DNA of 64,000 nucleotides from Vicinamibacteria bacterium (GCA_963719755.1 CAVRDA010000021.1:431403-495402); one strand, 5' to 3'; shown: positions 8,513-19,928, numbered from the stretch's first letter. Numbers and translations: made by a program. The notes: generated by a model not told the origin, from the sequence alone.

Positions 8513-10543
8513 CTAGCGGAACGAACGTGGCAGCAGCGGCTCCTGCGCAAGCCGGGCGCGCACTTCTTCCGACCACCCCAGCACGACGTCGAGCGCTGTG
8601 GCCGGCCGGTCACGGCGGACGACGAGCACGCGGCCGTCGGGCGCGGTGCCCAGGATCCGCGCGACGCCGTCGGCGACGGGCCGTGCCGGGGCGGCGCCAC
8701 CAGACATCCGATCGACCGCGCTGGCCATCAGCGCGTCGTCATTGAGGAACCACAGGGTCGCGCCGTCGCGCGACCAGGTCGCGGTCGAACCGGCAGCGAC
8801 TATCTGAACCGCGTTGGGGTCGGACAGCCGGCGCACCGGCGCGAGCGCGATCTGCGAGACGCCCGCGCTGGTGGACGTCCACGCAAGCAGGGCGCCATCC
8901 GGCGAGATGGCCGGGTCGGTCTCGTCGGCGGCGGTCGAGACGCGCGCGACCGGCTCCGCAGTCCCAGGTCGCGAGACGACGATGTCGAGGCCGAGCTCCG
9001 GCTGATGCACCACGAGCCGCGACGCGAGGCCGGCCGTCACACGAGGCGGCAGCGCCTGCAGCTTCATCTGCGTCCCGCGCGCGAGGTTGATTCGCCAATA
9101 CTCGAGCGCGCCGGCGGCGGATGTCGACGCGAGCAGGTTCTCGCCGTCGGCCTCGAGAGCAATCGGCGTGCGCTTGTCCGGCGCGGGACCGTCGGCCCGG
9201 CGGCCATCCGGCGTGATCCAGCTGAGGGAGATGCCGTCTGAAGGCGCTGGAACGCTGACGGCGGCGCCGCGCGACGACAACGCGAAGAGCGGCGCGCCGT
9301 CCAGCGAGCGCCGCACCGTGAGCGGCAGCGGCACGTCGCGTTCGGGGATCAGCGTCCGCGGGTCGAAGGGCAGCGCCAGCGGCCGGTCGCCGCGCCAGGC
9401 AATCAGCTCGCCCGTCGGAAGCAGCCACGGAAAGGTCGCGTGCTCGGCGACAGTCGACGTGCGCAGCGTGCTCTGAGACCTGGCCTGCACGCGTACGCCG
9501 CGATCTCCGTCAGCGCGGTCGCTTGCGTACAGCACCAGCCCGGTCGCGTCGACGCGCGGCCAGGCATGCCGTGCGTCCCCGCTGGCGGAATCGAGGGTGG
9601 TCACCGCCCTGACAGGTCCGCCGGCCGCCGGGACGCGGCTGAGCCCTTCGCCCCACCGCGCGGCGAAGACGATCCCGTCGTCTGCCCAGACGCCGCCGCC
9701 CGGCGCCGGTGCATCGGCCAGCGGCACCGGCTCGCCGCCGGCGACTGCGATACGGAGCAGCCGTCCGCCCGCGAAGTAACCGAGCGTTCGCGCATCCGGG
9801 GAGAAGAAGGGCGCCTCGGCTCCCTCGGTGCCGGCAAGTTCGCGCGACGCCGCGTCCGCAAGGCTTCGGACGAACAGCTTCGGCGACTCACGAGGTCGCG
9901 CGGCAACGAACGCGACGGATGAGGAGTCGGGCGCAAACGCCAGCGCCGGCGCGCGGTCGGCGACCTGGTAGCCGTCCGGCAGCGCGAGGGTGAAGCGTGC
10001 GACGGTCTCGCGCGGCGCCGCGGGTTGCTGGCGCAGGCTCCACAGAATCGACGTCCCGAGGATCCCTCCGACGACCGCGAGCACCCACGGCAGCCACGGC
10101 GTCCAGAGCGGCCGGGCGTCCTCAACTGGCGGCTCCAGAACAGGCGGAACGGCCAGGACCTCCGGGCCTTCGATGGACGCCGCGAACCGATAGCCCCGCC
10201 TCGGGATCGTCTGGATGTAGTCGCCGCGCTGCGGATCGTCTCCAAGCGCCTGCCGGAGCAGGCTGACGGCCTCGGCGAGCGACGTGTCCGTGACGTGAGT
10301 GTCCTTCCACACCTCGTCGAGCAGCGCCTGCTTCGACACCACCTGCCCCGGCCGTGCCACCAGCACCGCGAGCACGCCGGTCGCGCGCGGCGGCAGCGCC
10401 AGCCGCACGCCGTTCCGGTAGAGGAATCCGTTGGCGCGGTCGAAGCGAAATGGCCCGAAAACGGCGTCTTGAGGAGAGCTTGACGAAACCTTCAGGCCGC
10501 CTTCAGGACTTCGGGATGCGCCTTCCGCCATGCTGCCCGCCAC
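8513..10543 (-). CDS. CadC-like winged-helix (OmpR/PhoB-type) regulator with a TM segment and a TolB-like beta-propeller sensor domain
   Basis: Intact 676-aa ORF: FGPFRFD...IQTIPRRGYRF DNA-binding domain, one TM helix, then repeated FSPDG/SPDG propeller motifs. The start may be ATG 10531. Confidence 0.8.
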   Translation of the reverse strand: MAGSMAEGASRSPEGGLKVSSSSPQDAVFGPFRFDRANGFLYRNGVRLALPPRATGVLAVLVARPGQVVSKQALLDEVWKDTHVTDTSLAEAVSLLRQALGDDPQRGDYIQTIPRRGYRFAASIEGPEVLAVPPVLEPPVEDARPLWTPWLPWVLAVVGGILGTSILWSLRQQPAAPRETVARFTLALPDGYQVADRAPALAFAPDSSSVAFVAARPRESPKLFVRSLADAASRELAGTEGAEAPFFSPDARTLGYFAGGRLLRIAVAGGEPVPLADAPAPGGGVWADDGIVFAARWGEGLSRVPAAGGPVRAVTTLDSASGDARHAWPRVDATGLVLYASDRADGDRGVRVQARSQSTLRTSTVAEHATFPWLLPTGELIAWRGDRPLALPFDPRTLIPERDVPLPLTVRRSLDGAPLFALSSRGAAVSVPAPSDGISLSWITPDGRRADGPAPDKRTPIALEADGENLLASTSAAGALEYWRINLARGTQMKLQALPPRVTAGLASRLVVHQPELGLDIVVSRPGTAEPVARVSTAADETDPAISPDGALLAWTSTSAGVSQIALAPVRRLSDPNAVQIVAAGSTATWSRDGATLWFLNDDALMASAVDRMSGGAAPARPVADGVARILGTAPDGRVLVVRRDRPATALDVVLGWSEEVRARLAQEPLLPRSFR

Positions 10544-10594
10544 GGGGACAGGGTACCGCAGGGCGCGGGAACGAGGAGCGTGGGAGCGGGAGCA

Positions 10595-12065
10595 GTGTCA
10601 CTGTTTGCGACGAAGTCGATCGACATGTTGAAGGCCGAGGCTGGCGCGCGGCGGTCTTCGCCGGGTGCTGGGCAGGACGGATCTCGTCCTGCTGGGTGTG
10701 GGCGCGGTAATCGGCGCCGGCATCTTCGTGCTCACGGGCCAGGCTGCGGCGGCCAACGCGGGGCCGGCCATTGTCCTTTCCATGCTGCTCGCGGGCCTCG
10801 TCTCGGCGCTGGCCGGGCTCTGCTACGCGGAGTTCGCTTCCACGGTGCCGGTGTCGGGCTCGGCCTACACGTACACCTACGCCACGCTCGGCGAGCTGGT
10901 GGCGTGGATGATCGGCTGGGACCTCGTCCTGGAGTACGCGCTCGGCGCGGCGACCGTGGCGGTGAGCTGGTCCGGGCACTTCGTCGGCTTCGCGCAGCAG
11001 CTGGGCATCCACCTGCCGCCGACCCTGAGCGCGGCGCCCGGCACGCTGGTCGCCGTCGCCGGGGGCGACCCGGTGACCGCGGTCTTCAACCTGCCGGCGG
11101 TGGTGATTACGGCGCTGGTGACAGCACTGCTGGTGGTCGGCATCAGGGAATCGGCCGCCTTCAACGCCGCGATGGTCGTGGTCAAGGTCGGCGTCGTCGC
11201 CATCGTCATCGCCGTGGGCGTGTTCTTCATCGCTCCGGGCAACCTGCACCCGTTCATCCCCGAGAACACCGGCACCTTCGGCGAGTACGGCTGGAGCGGC
11301 ATCGTCCGCGGGGCGGCGGTCATCTTCTTCTCGTTCATCGGCTTCGATGCCGTGTCCACGGCTGCGCAGGAAGCGCGGGCGCCGCAGCGCGACATGCCGG
11401 TGGGCATCCTCGGCTCGCTCGCAATCTGCACGACGCTCTACATGCTGGTGTCATTCGTGATGGTCGGCATGGTGCCCTTCAAGACGATGCTCGGAAGCCC
11501 GGCGCCGATGATCGTCGCGCTCGACGCCGTGCTCGGCCGCGCCGAGGTCGGCTGGACGACCCTGCTCGCGATCGTGAAGGTGCTGGTGGAGATCGGCGCG
11601 CTCGCCGGGCTGACGTCCGTGATGCTCGTGATGATGCTCGCGCAGCCGCGCATCTTCCATTCGATGGCAAAGGACGGACTGCTGCCGGCGTTCGCCGCGC
11701 GCATTCACCCGCGCTGGGGCACGCCGGCGACGATGACCGTCGTCACGGGTGTCGCGGTCGCCCTGGCGGCAGGATTCACGCCGGTCTCCGTGCTCGGGCA
11801 GCTCGTGAGCATCGGGACGCTCTTCGCGTTCGTCGTCGTCGCCATTGGGGTGCTCTTCCTTCGCGCGCGGCGGCCCGATCTCGAGCGTCCCTTCCGCACC
11901 CCGTGGGTGCCCTTCCTGCCCGTGTTGTCCGTGATTGTCAGCTCGATCCTGATGGTCAGCCTGCCGTGGGCGACGTGGGAGCGGCTGCTGATCTGGATGG
12001 CGATCGGCACGGTCATCTACGCCGCGTACGGCTACCGCAACAGCGTGCTGAGGCGGCAGGCGTGA
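10595..12065 (+). CDS. APC-family amino acid permease; frame broken near 10640
   Basis: The N-terminus VSLFATKSIDMLKAEAG (GTG 10595) joins ORF 10665..12065 (GVGAVIGAGIFVLTG, 12 TM-like segments). Confidence 0.8.
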
Positions 12066-12089
12066 GGTCCACGCGATAACATCCGGCCG

Positions 12090-13297
12090 ATGCCCGTCAT
12101 CTGCCGGCACTTCGGCGTCTGCGGCGGCTGCCAGACGCAGGACGTGCCGTACCCGGAGCAGCTGTCGCGGAAGCGGCGCTGGCTCGACGACCTGCTGCGG
12201 GATGCGGTTGGACGGCGCGCACCGCGCGTCGAGCCGGTCACCGCGATGCCGGTGGACGCGACCGGGACGCCGTCCCACTTCAGGCACAAGGCGGCGTTCG
12301 TGTTCGGTCCGGCCGACGCGCACGGACGCGGCCTGGTGATGGGCCACTACGCGCTCAAGTCGAGGCGCGTCGTGCCAGTCGACGAGTGTCCCGTCCACAG
12401 CAGCCGCGCCAACCGGCTCGCCTTCGCGCTGCGCGATCACCTCGCGCGCGCACAGGTCCGCGCGGCCGGCCCGCGGCTCGACGGCATCCTGCGTCACGTC
12501 GTCGTCCGGACGACGAGTGACGATCGCGAGGCGCTGGTGCTGCTCGTCGTGACGCGCAACGACAAGTCGCTCCGCAAGCCGCTGCGCGCCTTCCTGGCCT
12601 CTGCCGATCGGCCCGACGGGCTGTTCGTGACAGACGCACGATCGCGACGACCCGTACCTCGTCGGCGACACGGTGCTTCGGATCGACGGCCGCGGCCAGA
12701 TCAGGGAGCGCGGGCTGGGCCCGACGTTCCTCATCTCGCCGACGGCGTTCTTTCAGACCAATCCTCTTGCGGCGGCGGCGCTCGTGGATGCCGTGGTCGC
12801 CGAGGCGAGCGGGGCCTGGCGGCGATTCGTTGTCGGTGCTGGATCTCTATGCGGGGAGCGGCCTCTTCGCCCTGCCGCTGGCAGTCGCCGGCCACTCCGT
12901 GACAGCCGTCGAAGAGAACCGCGCGGCGGTTGCCGACGGGATCGCCAACGCTCGGCTCAACAGGATTCCCGCGCCGCGGCTGTCGTTCGTCCACGCGAGG
13001 ACGGAGGACTATCTCCGACGGGCCCGCTCGCGCGGCGTGCAGCGCGTGGTGCTCGATCCGCCCCGCCAGGGCGCCGCAGCTGCGGTGATTCAGCGCCTGT
13101 TCCAGGACCTTGCGCCGCCACGCGTCCTCTACGTGTCGTGCAATCCCCAGGCGTTCGCCGGCGAGCTGCCGGTGATGCTCGACGCCGGCTACCGGCTGGC
13201 GCGCGTGCAGCCGGTGGACATGTTTCCGCACACCGACCACGTCGAGCTCGTCGCGACGCTGGATCGGCAGGACTTGCGACTTCGTCAGAACACGTAG
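12090..13297 (+). CDS. RumA/TrmA-family RNA (uracil-5)-methyltransferase; two frame breaks (near 12638 and 12815)
   Basis: N-terminal Cys cluster CRHFGVCGGCQ, FFQTN, VLDLYAGSGLF, DPPRQG and VSCNP motifs are spread over three frames. Confidence 0.75.
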
Positions 13298-13764
13298 GCG
13301 AGCAGCGCGAGTCCGATCAGGAGGAAGCCGAATACCGCCTTCGCGACGACGCCGAGGACAAATCCCAGCAGGGCGCCGGCGCCGGCACCGAGCGCGCGCC
13401 TGGCGTCCGGGTTGCGAAGGTACTCGAAGGCCAGCGCGCCGATAGCCGGGCCGAGAATGATGCCGGGCAGTCCGAGGAACAACCCCGCGAACGCTCCGAC
13501 GCCGGCGCCGAAGACGCCCCAGCCCGAGGCGCCGGCGCGGCGCGCGCCGAACAGGCCGGCGACGTTGTCGGCCACGAGGGCCACGAGCATCAGCGCGAGC
13601 ATCACGAACAGCATCAGCGGGCCGATGCGCGTGAAGTTGTCGGCCCAGGCGACGATCAGGATACCGAGGTAGATGATGGCGACGCCGGGCAGCAGCGGCG
13701 CGACCAGCGCCACTACGCCGGCGACAATCACGACGACGCCGAGCAGCGTGAGCAGGACCGTCAT
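13285..13764 (-). CDS. DUF456 family membrane protein
   Basis: MTVLLTLLGVVVIVAGVVALVAPLLPG... is Gly-rich and polytopic. Its ATG overlaps the stop of the upstream gene (ATGA). Confidence 0.65.
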   Translation of the reverse strand: MTVLLTLLGVVVIVAGVVALVAPLLPGVAIIYLGILIVAWADNFTRIGPLMLFVMLALMLVALVADNVAGLFGARRAGASGWGVFGAGVGAFAGLFLGLPGIILGPAIGALAFEYLRNPDARRALGAGAGALLGFVLGVVAKAVFGFLLIGLALLAYVF

Positions 13765-14844
13765 GCCTTCGTAATCTTCACATCGAACGACGCCGCGGCG
13801 GGATCGGCAAAACGCAGGAGTGCGTGGCCCTCGGCCTCGACCTCCTTGCGCACGGCTGCCGGCCAGGTCCTGAAGCACTCGACCGTGAGCAGCGCCTTCT
13901 TCGCCGTGGCGGTGACTTTCCATGAGCCGGCAGCGAAACCATCCACGAGCACGAGCGCCGCGATGCGCAGCCCCGGAAGGAACACGCGCGGGCGGTCGGC
14001 TTTCGCCACCACGCGTTCGTCGGCGCGGGTGACGACGACGCTGTCCCACTCCGGGATGAAGCGTACCGGCGCCGGCGTATCGCCGTGCGGGGCGCGGCGC
14101 GTCCGGCAGGTCGTACCAGGCCTTGCTTCCCGGCCCCTTCAGTGTCATGACCTTCTTGCCGAGGCGCTCGAACACCGCGTCGAGCCCGGAAAGGCCGAGC
14201 CACGCCTGTGCGTCCCTGGAGGTTGCGGGGCCATACGCCTGCAAGTAGCGCAACACGAGCGAGTCGGGCGACTTGCAGTCGCCGACGCGCTTGCCGATCC
14301 ACGCCTCGGCGTTGACGAAATTGGCCTGCGCGTCAAACGCCCATGGCGCCTCGCTCGGCACCTGCAGCAGCGGCAGGCCCATGCGGGCCACGTACCCAAG
14401 CGCGCGGTCGTCGCCGCCTGGAAACTTCGAGATCAGGTGGTCGCGCACTTCCTCGAAGTTGTGCGGTGTCTCGAGGAACGCTCGCGCATGCGCCAGGACC
14501 TTCGCGATGTCCATCCGCTGCGCGCGCTCCTTGAGGATGGCGTGCATGCCGGCATCGAGGCCCGGCTGCAGGCAGCCGCGAAACTTCAGGAAGTCCGCGG
14601 CGCTCATCAGGTGGATCGTCCCGCGCATCGACGTGCCGCGCACGACCGTGCGCGCGGTGAGCGCCTTGACGAGATCCGCGCGCGTGAAGCCCTCGAGACG
14701 GCACCACAGCCCGGCAAACGGCGGGCGGGGCAGCTGCGCCTGCATCGCCAGCAGCTGCTCGACGGCTCCGACGACCTGCCGGCGCTCGCGTGCCAGCAGC
14801 ATCTGGCGCGCCAGGGTCGCCCGGTTCAGCTCACGCGTAGTCAT
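13761..14844 (-). CDS. YcaQ-like winged-helix DNA glycosylase family protein (DUF1006); frame broken near 14085
   Basis: MTTRELNRATLARQMLL... N-terminus plus C-terminal ORF 13761..14012. The joining segment HGDTPAPVRFIPEWDSVVV is readable after a 1-nt shift. Confidence 0.7.
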
Positions 14845-14851
14845 CCGCCAG

Positions 14852-14859
14852 ATTCTAGA
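14852..14859 (-). promoter_or_regulatory. TCTAGAAT; its TAGAAT lies 7 nt upstream of ATG 14844 (candidate leaderless promoter)
   Basis: The minus strand reads ggtTCTAGAATctggcggATGact. Confidence 0.4.
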
Positions 14860-14975
14860 ACCAGTCGCCCACGCGCAGTATCGGGTGCCTGGCCGCTGCC
14901 CGCAGCCGACACCCGTAACTCCTCACCTGCTACCCGCAGTGCTACACTTCACGGCTTCTGGCGCGGAGATCCCCA

Positions 14976-16328
14976 ATGACCTACCCCCTCGGTCAGCTCT
15001 CAACGCGTTTTACCGGTCTCCTGGTTCAACCCAGCCACGCCGACTTCGACGAACTGCGGCGCGTGCACAACGGACTCGTGGACAAATGGCCGGCGCTCAT
15101 CGCCCAGTGCCGGTCGGCCAACGACGTCGTCGAGATCGTCAACTTCGCGCGCAGCGCCGGAATGCCAATCGCCGTGCGGGGCGGCGGCCACAACGTGGCA
15201 GGCCGTGCCACCTGCGACGCCGGAGTGGTCATCGACCTCTCGCTGATGCGGCAGGTGGTCGTCGATGCCGGCAGCCGGCTGGCGCACGTGCAGGGCGGCG
15301 CGACGTGGCGCGACTTCAACGCCGCGACGCAGACGCATCATCTGGCTGCCACCGGCGGCGTCGTCTCGTCGACCGGCGTGGCCGGACTCACACTTGGCGG
15401 CGGACTCGGCTGGCTGATGGGCGTCTGCGGGCTCGCCGTGGACAACGTGCGATCGATCCAGGTGGTCACGGCCAACGGCCACATCGTGAACGCCAGCGCC
15501 GCCGAGTCGCCGGGCCTGTTCTGGGCGCTGCGCGGCGGCGGCGGCAACTTCGGCGTCGCCACGGCCTTCGAGTTCGGACTCCATCCCATCGGGCCGAAGG
15601 TCACCGGCGGCCTGCTCGCCCATCCCTTTGCGAGCGCCCGCGATCTGCTGCGTCACTATCGCGAGGTCACCGCGGCCGCGCCTGACGCGCTGACCGCGTT
15701 TGCAGGACTGGTGCACTCCCCGGACGGCGCCGCGAAGCTGGCGGCGTTTGTCGCGTGTCACTGCGGGTCGCTGGCCGACGGCGAGCGGGAGACGCAGGCG
15801 CTGAAGACGTTCGGCCAGCCGGTCCTCGACGCGTTCGGGCCGGTGGACTACACGCAGCTCAACACGATGCTCGACGACGGGTACCCGCGCGGCGCGTTGA
15901 ACTACTGGAAGTCGAGCTTCCTGACATCGCTGAGCGACGAGGCCATCGACACCATCGTCGATTGCTACGCGCGGTGTCCCTCGCCCATGAGCCAGGTGCT
16001 GATCGAACATCTCCACGGCGCGGCGACGCGAGTCGGTGCGTCCGAGACGGCATGTCCGCACCGGACGTCCGGCTACAACTTCCTGATCCTGTCCCAGTGG
16101 ACGCAGCCGGCGGATACCGACCGATGCGTCGCGTGGACGCGCGACACGTATCGCGCGATGGCGCCATTCAGGGCCGGAAGCCGCTACGTCAACTACCTCA
16201 ACGACGACGAGGAGGACGAGCCGGCGGCAGCGGCATACGGCCCGAACTACGCCCGGCTGCGAGAGCTCAAGACCCGCTACGACCCGATGAATCTGTTTCA
16301 TTTGAACCAGAACATCCGGCCGCAATGA
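14976..16328 (+). CDS. FAD-binding oxidoreductase (PCMH-type FAD domain plus BBE-like C-terminus)
   Basis: Intact 450-aa ORF with [19 protein letters not shown] and YVNY motifs. Confidence 0.85.
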   Translation: MTYPLGQLSTRFTGLLVQPSHADFDELRRVHNGLVDKWPALIAQCRSANDVVEIVNFARSAGMPIAVRGGGHNVAGRATCDAGVVIDLSLMRQVVVDAGSRLAHVQGGATWRDFNAATQTHHLAATGGVVSSTGVAGLTLGGGLGWLMGVCGLAVDNVRSIQVVTANGHIVNASAAESPGLFWALRGGGGNFGVATAFEFGLHPIGPKVTGGLLAHPFASARDLLRHYREVTAAAPDALTAFAGLVHSPDGAAKLAAFVACHCGSLADGERETQALKTFGQPVLDAFGPVDYTQLNTMLDDGYPRGALNYWKSSFLTSLSDEAIDTIVDCYARCPSPMSQVLIEHLHGAATRVGASETACPHRTSGYNFLILSQWTQPADTDRCVAWTRDTYRAMAPFRAGSRYVNYLNDDEEDEPAAAAYGPNYARLRELKTRYDPMNLFHLNQNIRPQ

Positions 16329-16333
16329 CACCA

Positions 16334-16425
16334 GCCTTCAGCCTTCGGTCCTCAACCTTCGGTCTTCGGCGGATTGCCCGGATTCATGCCGAGTCTGGAA
16401 ATTCCTGAAGGTGACTGGCGAAGGC
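16334..16425. repeat. heptamer-ladder palindrome, GCCTTCR dialect (5 units, about 35-nt spacer, 3 complementary units)
   Basis: GCCTTCA GCCTTCG GTCCTCA ACCTTCG GTCTTCG ... CCTGAAGG TGACTGG CGAAGGC, read directly downstream of TGA 16326-16328. Confidence 0.7.
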
Positions 16426-16506
16426 CATTGGACAGACCTCCTGCAAGCCGTGCTGGCGTCGGGGCGCGAGACGGTGTACTTAGGTGGACTACCCTGTAAC
16501 GACACT

Positions 16507-19153
16507 ATGACTGACCGTGCAACGCCCGCCGATGACACGTTGTGGAGCCTCGATGAGATCACCCGGCTGGTCTCCGAGAGCGGCAACGCGGCTGAAACCC
16601 TCTCCAACGTCGTTCGGCTGATCCAGCAGCGGTTCGGCACCGACGTCTGCTCGGTCTACCTGCTCGAGCCCGACCGATCGACGCTCGTCCTCGCGGCGAC
16701 CATCGGCCTCAGGCCCGAGAGCGTCGGCAAGGTGCGGATGCGGCTGACGGAGGGCCTCGTCGGCCTCGTCGGCGAGAAGATGCAGCCGCAGGTCATCGAG
16801 CACGCGACGACGCATCCGCGCTTCAAGTACTTCCGTGAGGCCGGCGAGGACGCGTACCAGTCGTTCCTCGGCGTGCCGCTCGAGGATCGCGGACTGCTGC
16901 AGGGCGTGCTGGTCGTCCAGACGCTCGAGCCGCGGGCCTTCGGGGCCGACGCCGTGCAGCGGCTCGAAGCGGCCGGCGCGCAGCTGGCTCCGATCGTCAG
17001 CGAGGCGCGGACACTGGGCCTGTTCGTCGCGCCGGCGCACCAGCGCCTGTCGGAGCTGGCGCAGAACCTGTGGTGGAGCTGGGACAAGGACGCGACGAAC
17101 CTGTTCCGCGACCTGGATCCGGTGCTGTGGCGCCAGCTGGCCCACAACCCGGTCGCGCTGCTCCAGCGCATCGACATCGACGACCTGCAGGAGCGCGCAT
17201 CGCAGCTCGCGCTGCACAGCCGGATCAACTACGCCTACCGCCGGATGCAGGAGTACCTGTCGTCGAAGCGGACGTGGGGCGTCCAGCATGCCGGCGTGCT
17301 GTGGGCGCGGCCGGTGGCGTATTTCTCCGCCGAGTTCGGCCTGCACGAGTCGATTCCGATTTACTCCGGCGGCCTGGGGATTCTCGCCGGCGACCACATC
17401 AAGGGCGCCTCCGATCTCGGCGTGCCGCTCGTCGGCGTCGGCCTCTACTACCAGCAGGCGGTACTTCCGGCAGGTGCTGGACAGCGAGTGCTACCAGCAG
17501 GAGGAGTACATCGACGTCGACCGCCGGCTCCTGCCGATGCAGCCGGCCACCGACGCGGCCGGCGAGCCCGTGATCGTGACCATCGACACGCGGTCCGCGT
17601 CCATTGCCGCACGCGTGTGGAAGCTCGCGGTGGGCCGCAACACGCTGCTGCTGCTCGATTCCGACGTCGACGGGAACCGGCCGGAGGATCGCCAGCTCAC
17701 CGCGCGGCTGTATGGCGGCGACGACTGGGTCCGCATCCGCCAGGAGCTGCTGCTGGGCGTCGGCGGCGTGCGCGCGCTCAAGGCACTGGGCATCTCGCCT
17801 GGCGTCGCGCACCTCAACGAGGGGCATAGCGCCTTTGCGGCGCTCGAACTGGTTCGTGATCGGATGACGCTGGAAGGCATCGGGGTGGAGGAGGCGATTC
17901 GCCGCGTCGCCCCGCAGGTCGTCTTCACGACGCACACACCGGTGCCGGCCGGGCACGACCGCTTCACGCCGGAGCTGATCGAGGAGCACCTCGGCCCGCT
18001 GCGCGACCAGCTGGGCATGGCGCCGGACCAGCTGCTGTCACTCGGCCGGGAGAATTCGGGCAATCACAGCGAGACGTTCTGCATGACCGTGCTCGCCCTG
18101 AAGCTTTCGCGCAAGGCGAACGCGGTCTCCTCGCTGCACGGGCAGGTCTCGCGCGCGATGTGGAGCGGGCTCTACGGCGGCGACGACGCGCGCGTGCCGA
18201 TCGGCCACATCACCAACGGCGTGCACGTGCAGACGTGGCTCGCGCCGCAGATGCACGACGTCTACGATCGCCACCTCAAGACGGACTGGCCCGATCGCTG
18301 CGCCGAGCCCGCGTGCTGGGACGACATCGAGCACATCGACGACGGCGAGCTGTGGGAAGTGCACCAGGCGCTGAAGGCCCGGCTGATCGACTTCGTGCGC
18401 CGGCGCACGGCGAACGCGGCGGAACGGCGCGGCGAGTCGGCCGAGAACATCGCGCAGCTGAAGCGCGCGCTGAGCCTGGACGCGCTGACCATCGGCTTCG
18501 CCCGCCGCTTCGCGACCTACAAGCGCGCCAACCTGATCCTGCGCGATCTGGAGGCCGTCGCCGGGCTGGTCAACGACCCGCAGACGCCGATCCAGTTCGT
18601 CTTCGCCGGCAAGGCGCACCCGCGCGATCGCCCGGGCAAGGAGATGCTCCAGCAGATCGCGCGGCTCAACCGCGATCCGCGCTTTGCCGGCAAGGTTCTC
18701 TTCGTCGAGGACTACGACATCAACGTCGGCCGTCACCTGGTGCAGGGCGTGGACGTGTGGCTCAACAACCCGCGACGGCCGCTCGAGGCCTCCGGCACGA
18801 GCGGCCAGAAGGTCGTCCTCAACGGCGGCCTGAACCTCTCGGTGCTCGACGGCTGGTGGGCCGAGGCCTACGACGGGCTCAACGGCTTCGGCATCGGCGC
18901 CGGCGAGACCCACTCGGACCTCGAGGTCCACGATCGCCGCGACGGCGAGGCGCTGCTCCGTGTGCTCCGCGACGAGGTCGTGCCGATCTACTACGACCGC
19001 GACCAGGACGGCCTGCCGCGCGCCTGGATCGCGCGCATGAAGCGCGCGATTCGGACGCTTGGCTGGCGCTTCAGCGCCGGCCGCATGGTCGCCGACTACG
19101 CGCTCGGCTCGTACATCCCTGCCGCCGGGGGAACGAGCAGGGATAACAGATAG
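16507..19153 (+). CDS. glgP: alpha-glucan phosphorylase (GT35) with an N-terminal GAF-like domain; frame broken near 17459
   Basis: A GAF-like segment ([22 protein letters not shown]...GLVGLVGE) is followed by [31 protein letters not shown] and EASGTSGQK. ORFs 16411..17829 and 16835..19153 join here. ATG 16507 is preferred over GTG 16411, which lies inside the repeat. Confidence 0.85.
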
Positions 19154-19162
19154 CGCCACGGA

Positions 19163-19284
19163 GTGTCCATGCTGGGTGCTGGGTGCTGGGTGCTGCGTGC
19201 GGTGCTGAGTGCCGAGTGCCGAGTGCTGAGTGAGTGCTGAGTTTGCGTGCCCTGGCACGTAGCACGCAGCACGCAGCACTCACT
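19163..19284. repeat. heptamer-ladder palindrome, GTGCTGA dialect (about 12 units left arm, 4 units right arm)
   Basis: ATGCTGG GTGCTGG GTGCTGG GTGCTGC GTGCG GTGCTGA GTGCCGA GTGCCGA GTGCTGA GTGA GTGCTGA GTTTGC GTGCC ctg GGCAC GTAGCAC GCAGCAC GCAGCAC TCAC. It lies between the glgP stop (19153) and the TetR stop (19280). Confidence 0.85.
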
Positions 19285-19868
19285 TGAGATGCGGTTTCAA
19301 CACCGCGTCCAGATCTGAGAGCATCCACTTCGCGGCGCTGCCCTCCCGGTAGATCGCCCACGTCATCATCGAGCCGCTGACCGCGACCTCGATGAGGCGC
19401 GCCAGCTGGCCTGGCCGCACGCCGCGCGCCAGCTCTCCTTCTTCCACCGCAGCCTTGACGAGCGCCGCCAGCTGGCGGCGCGTCGCCTTCGCATGCGTCA
19501 GCAGCGCCTGATACAGCGCGGGATCGGTCAGGTCGAGCTGCAGGTAGGCCAGGTTGCGCGCGAGGGCCTCGGGCGATTCGGCCAGCCGCGCGTGGCAGCG
19601 CACGTACTCGCGCAAGGCCGAGAGCGGCGAGGGATGCGCGCGCCGCAGCGCGGCGAACATCTCGTCGGCCGAGCCGGCAAACCGCGACGACATCGCCCGC
19701 AGCAGCTGCTGCTTCGACCCGAAGCGCTGCACCAAGCGCGCCGGCCGTGAGGCCCGCCTCCTGGGCAATCGCCGCCAGCGTCAGCTCCGCCGGACCCACC
19801 CGCGACATCACCCGCGTCGCTGCGCCAAACACCTCGTCGTCTGAAGCCTTGCGGGGTCGTGGACTCAT
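19280..19868 (-). CDS. TetR/AcrR family transcriptional regulator; frame broken near 19745
   Basis: The HTH segment VGPAELTLAAIAQEAGLTAGAL (from ATG 19868) joins ORF 19280..19768 (VQRFGSKQQLL...). Confidence 0.8.
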
Positions 19869-19874
19869 GGCCGG

Positions 19875-19928
19875 TTGACAGTTTCTAAAGACACGTTTAG
19901 TATCGATAACTATACGGACGTTTAGTAT
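19875..19928 (+). promoter_or_regulatory. sigma70-like promoter TTGACA-17 nt-TAGTAT plus an 11-nt direct repeat ACGTTTAGTAT (x2); candidate TetR operator region
   Basis: TTGACA 19875-19880 and TAGTAT 19898-19903. ACGTTTAGTAT occurs at 19893-19903 and 19918-19928. The near-palindrome TAGTATCGATAACTA lies between the two copies. Confidence 0.45.

Noticed and set aside
13285-13297. 13-nt overlap of the convergent rumA-like and DUF456 gene ends as a regulatory antisense feature
   Set aside because: Short convergent overlaps are common in compact GC-rich genomes. There is no additional structure or repeat here.
16411-16506. GTG 16411 as the glgP start
   Set aside because: It lies inside the right arm of the 16334-16425 repeat. 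ATG 16507 gives a sensible N-terminus preceding the GAF-like domain. The choice remains uncertain without orthologue alignment.
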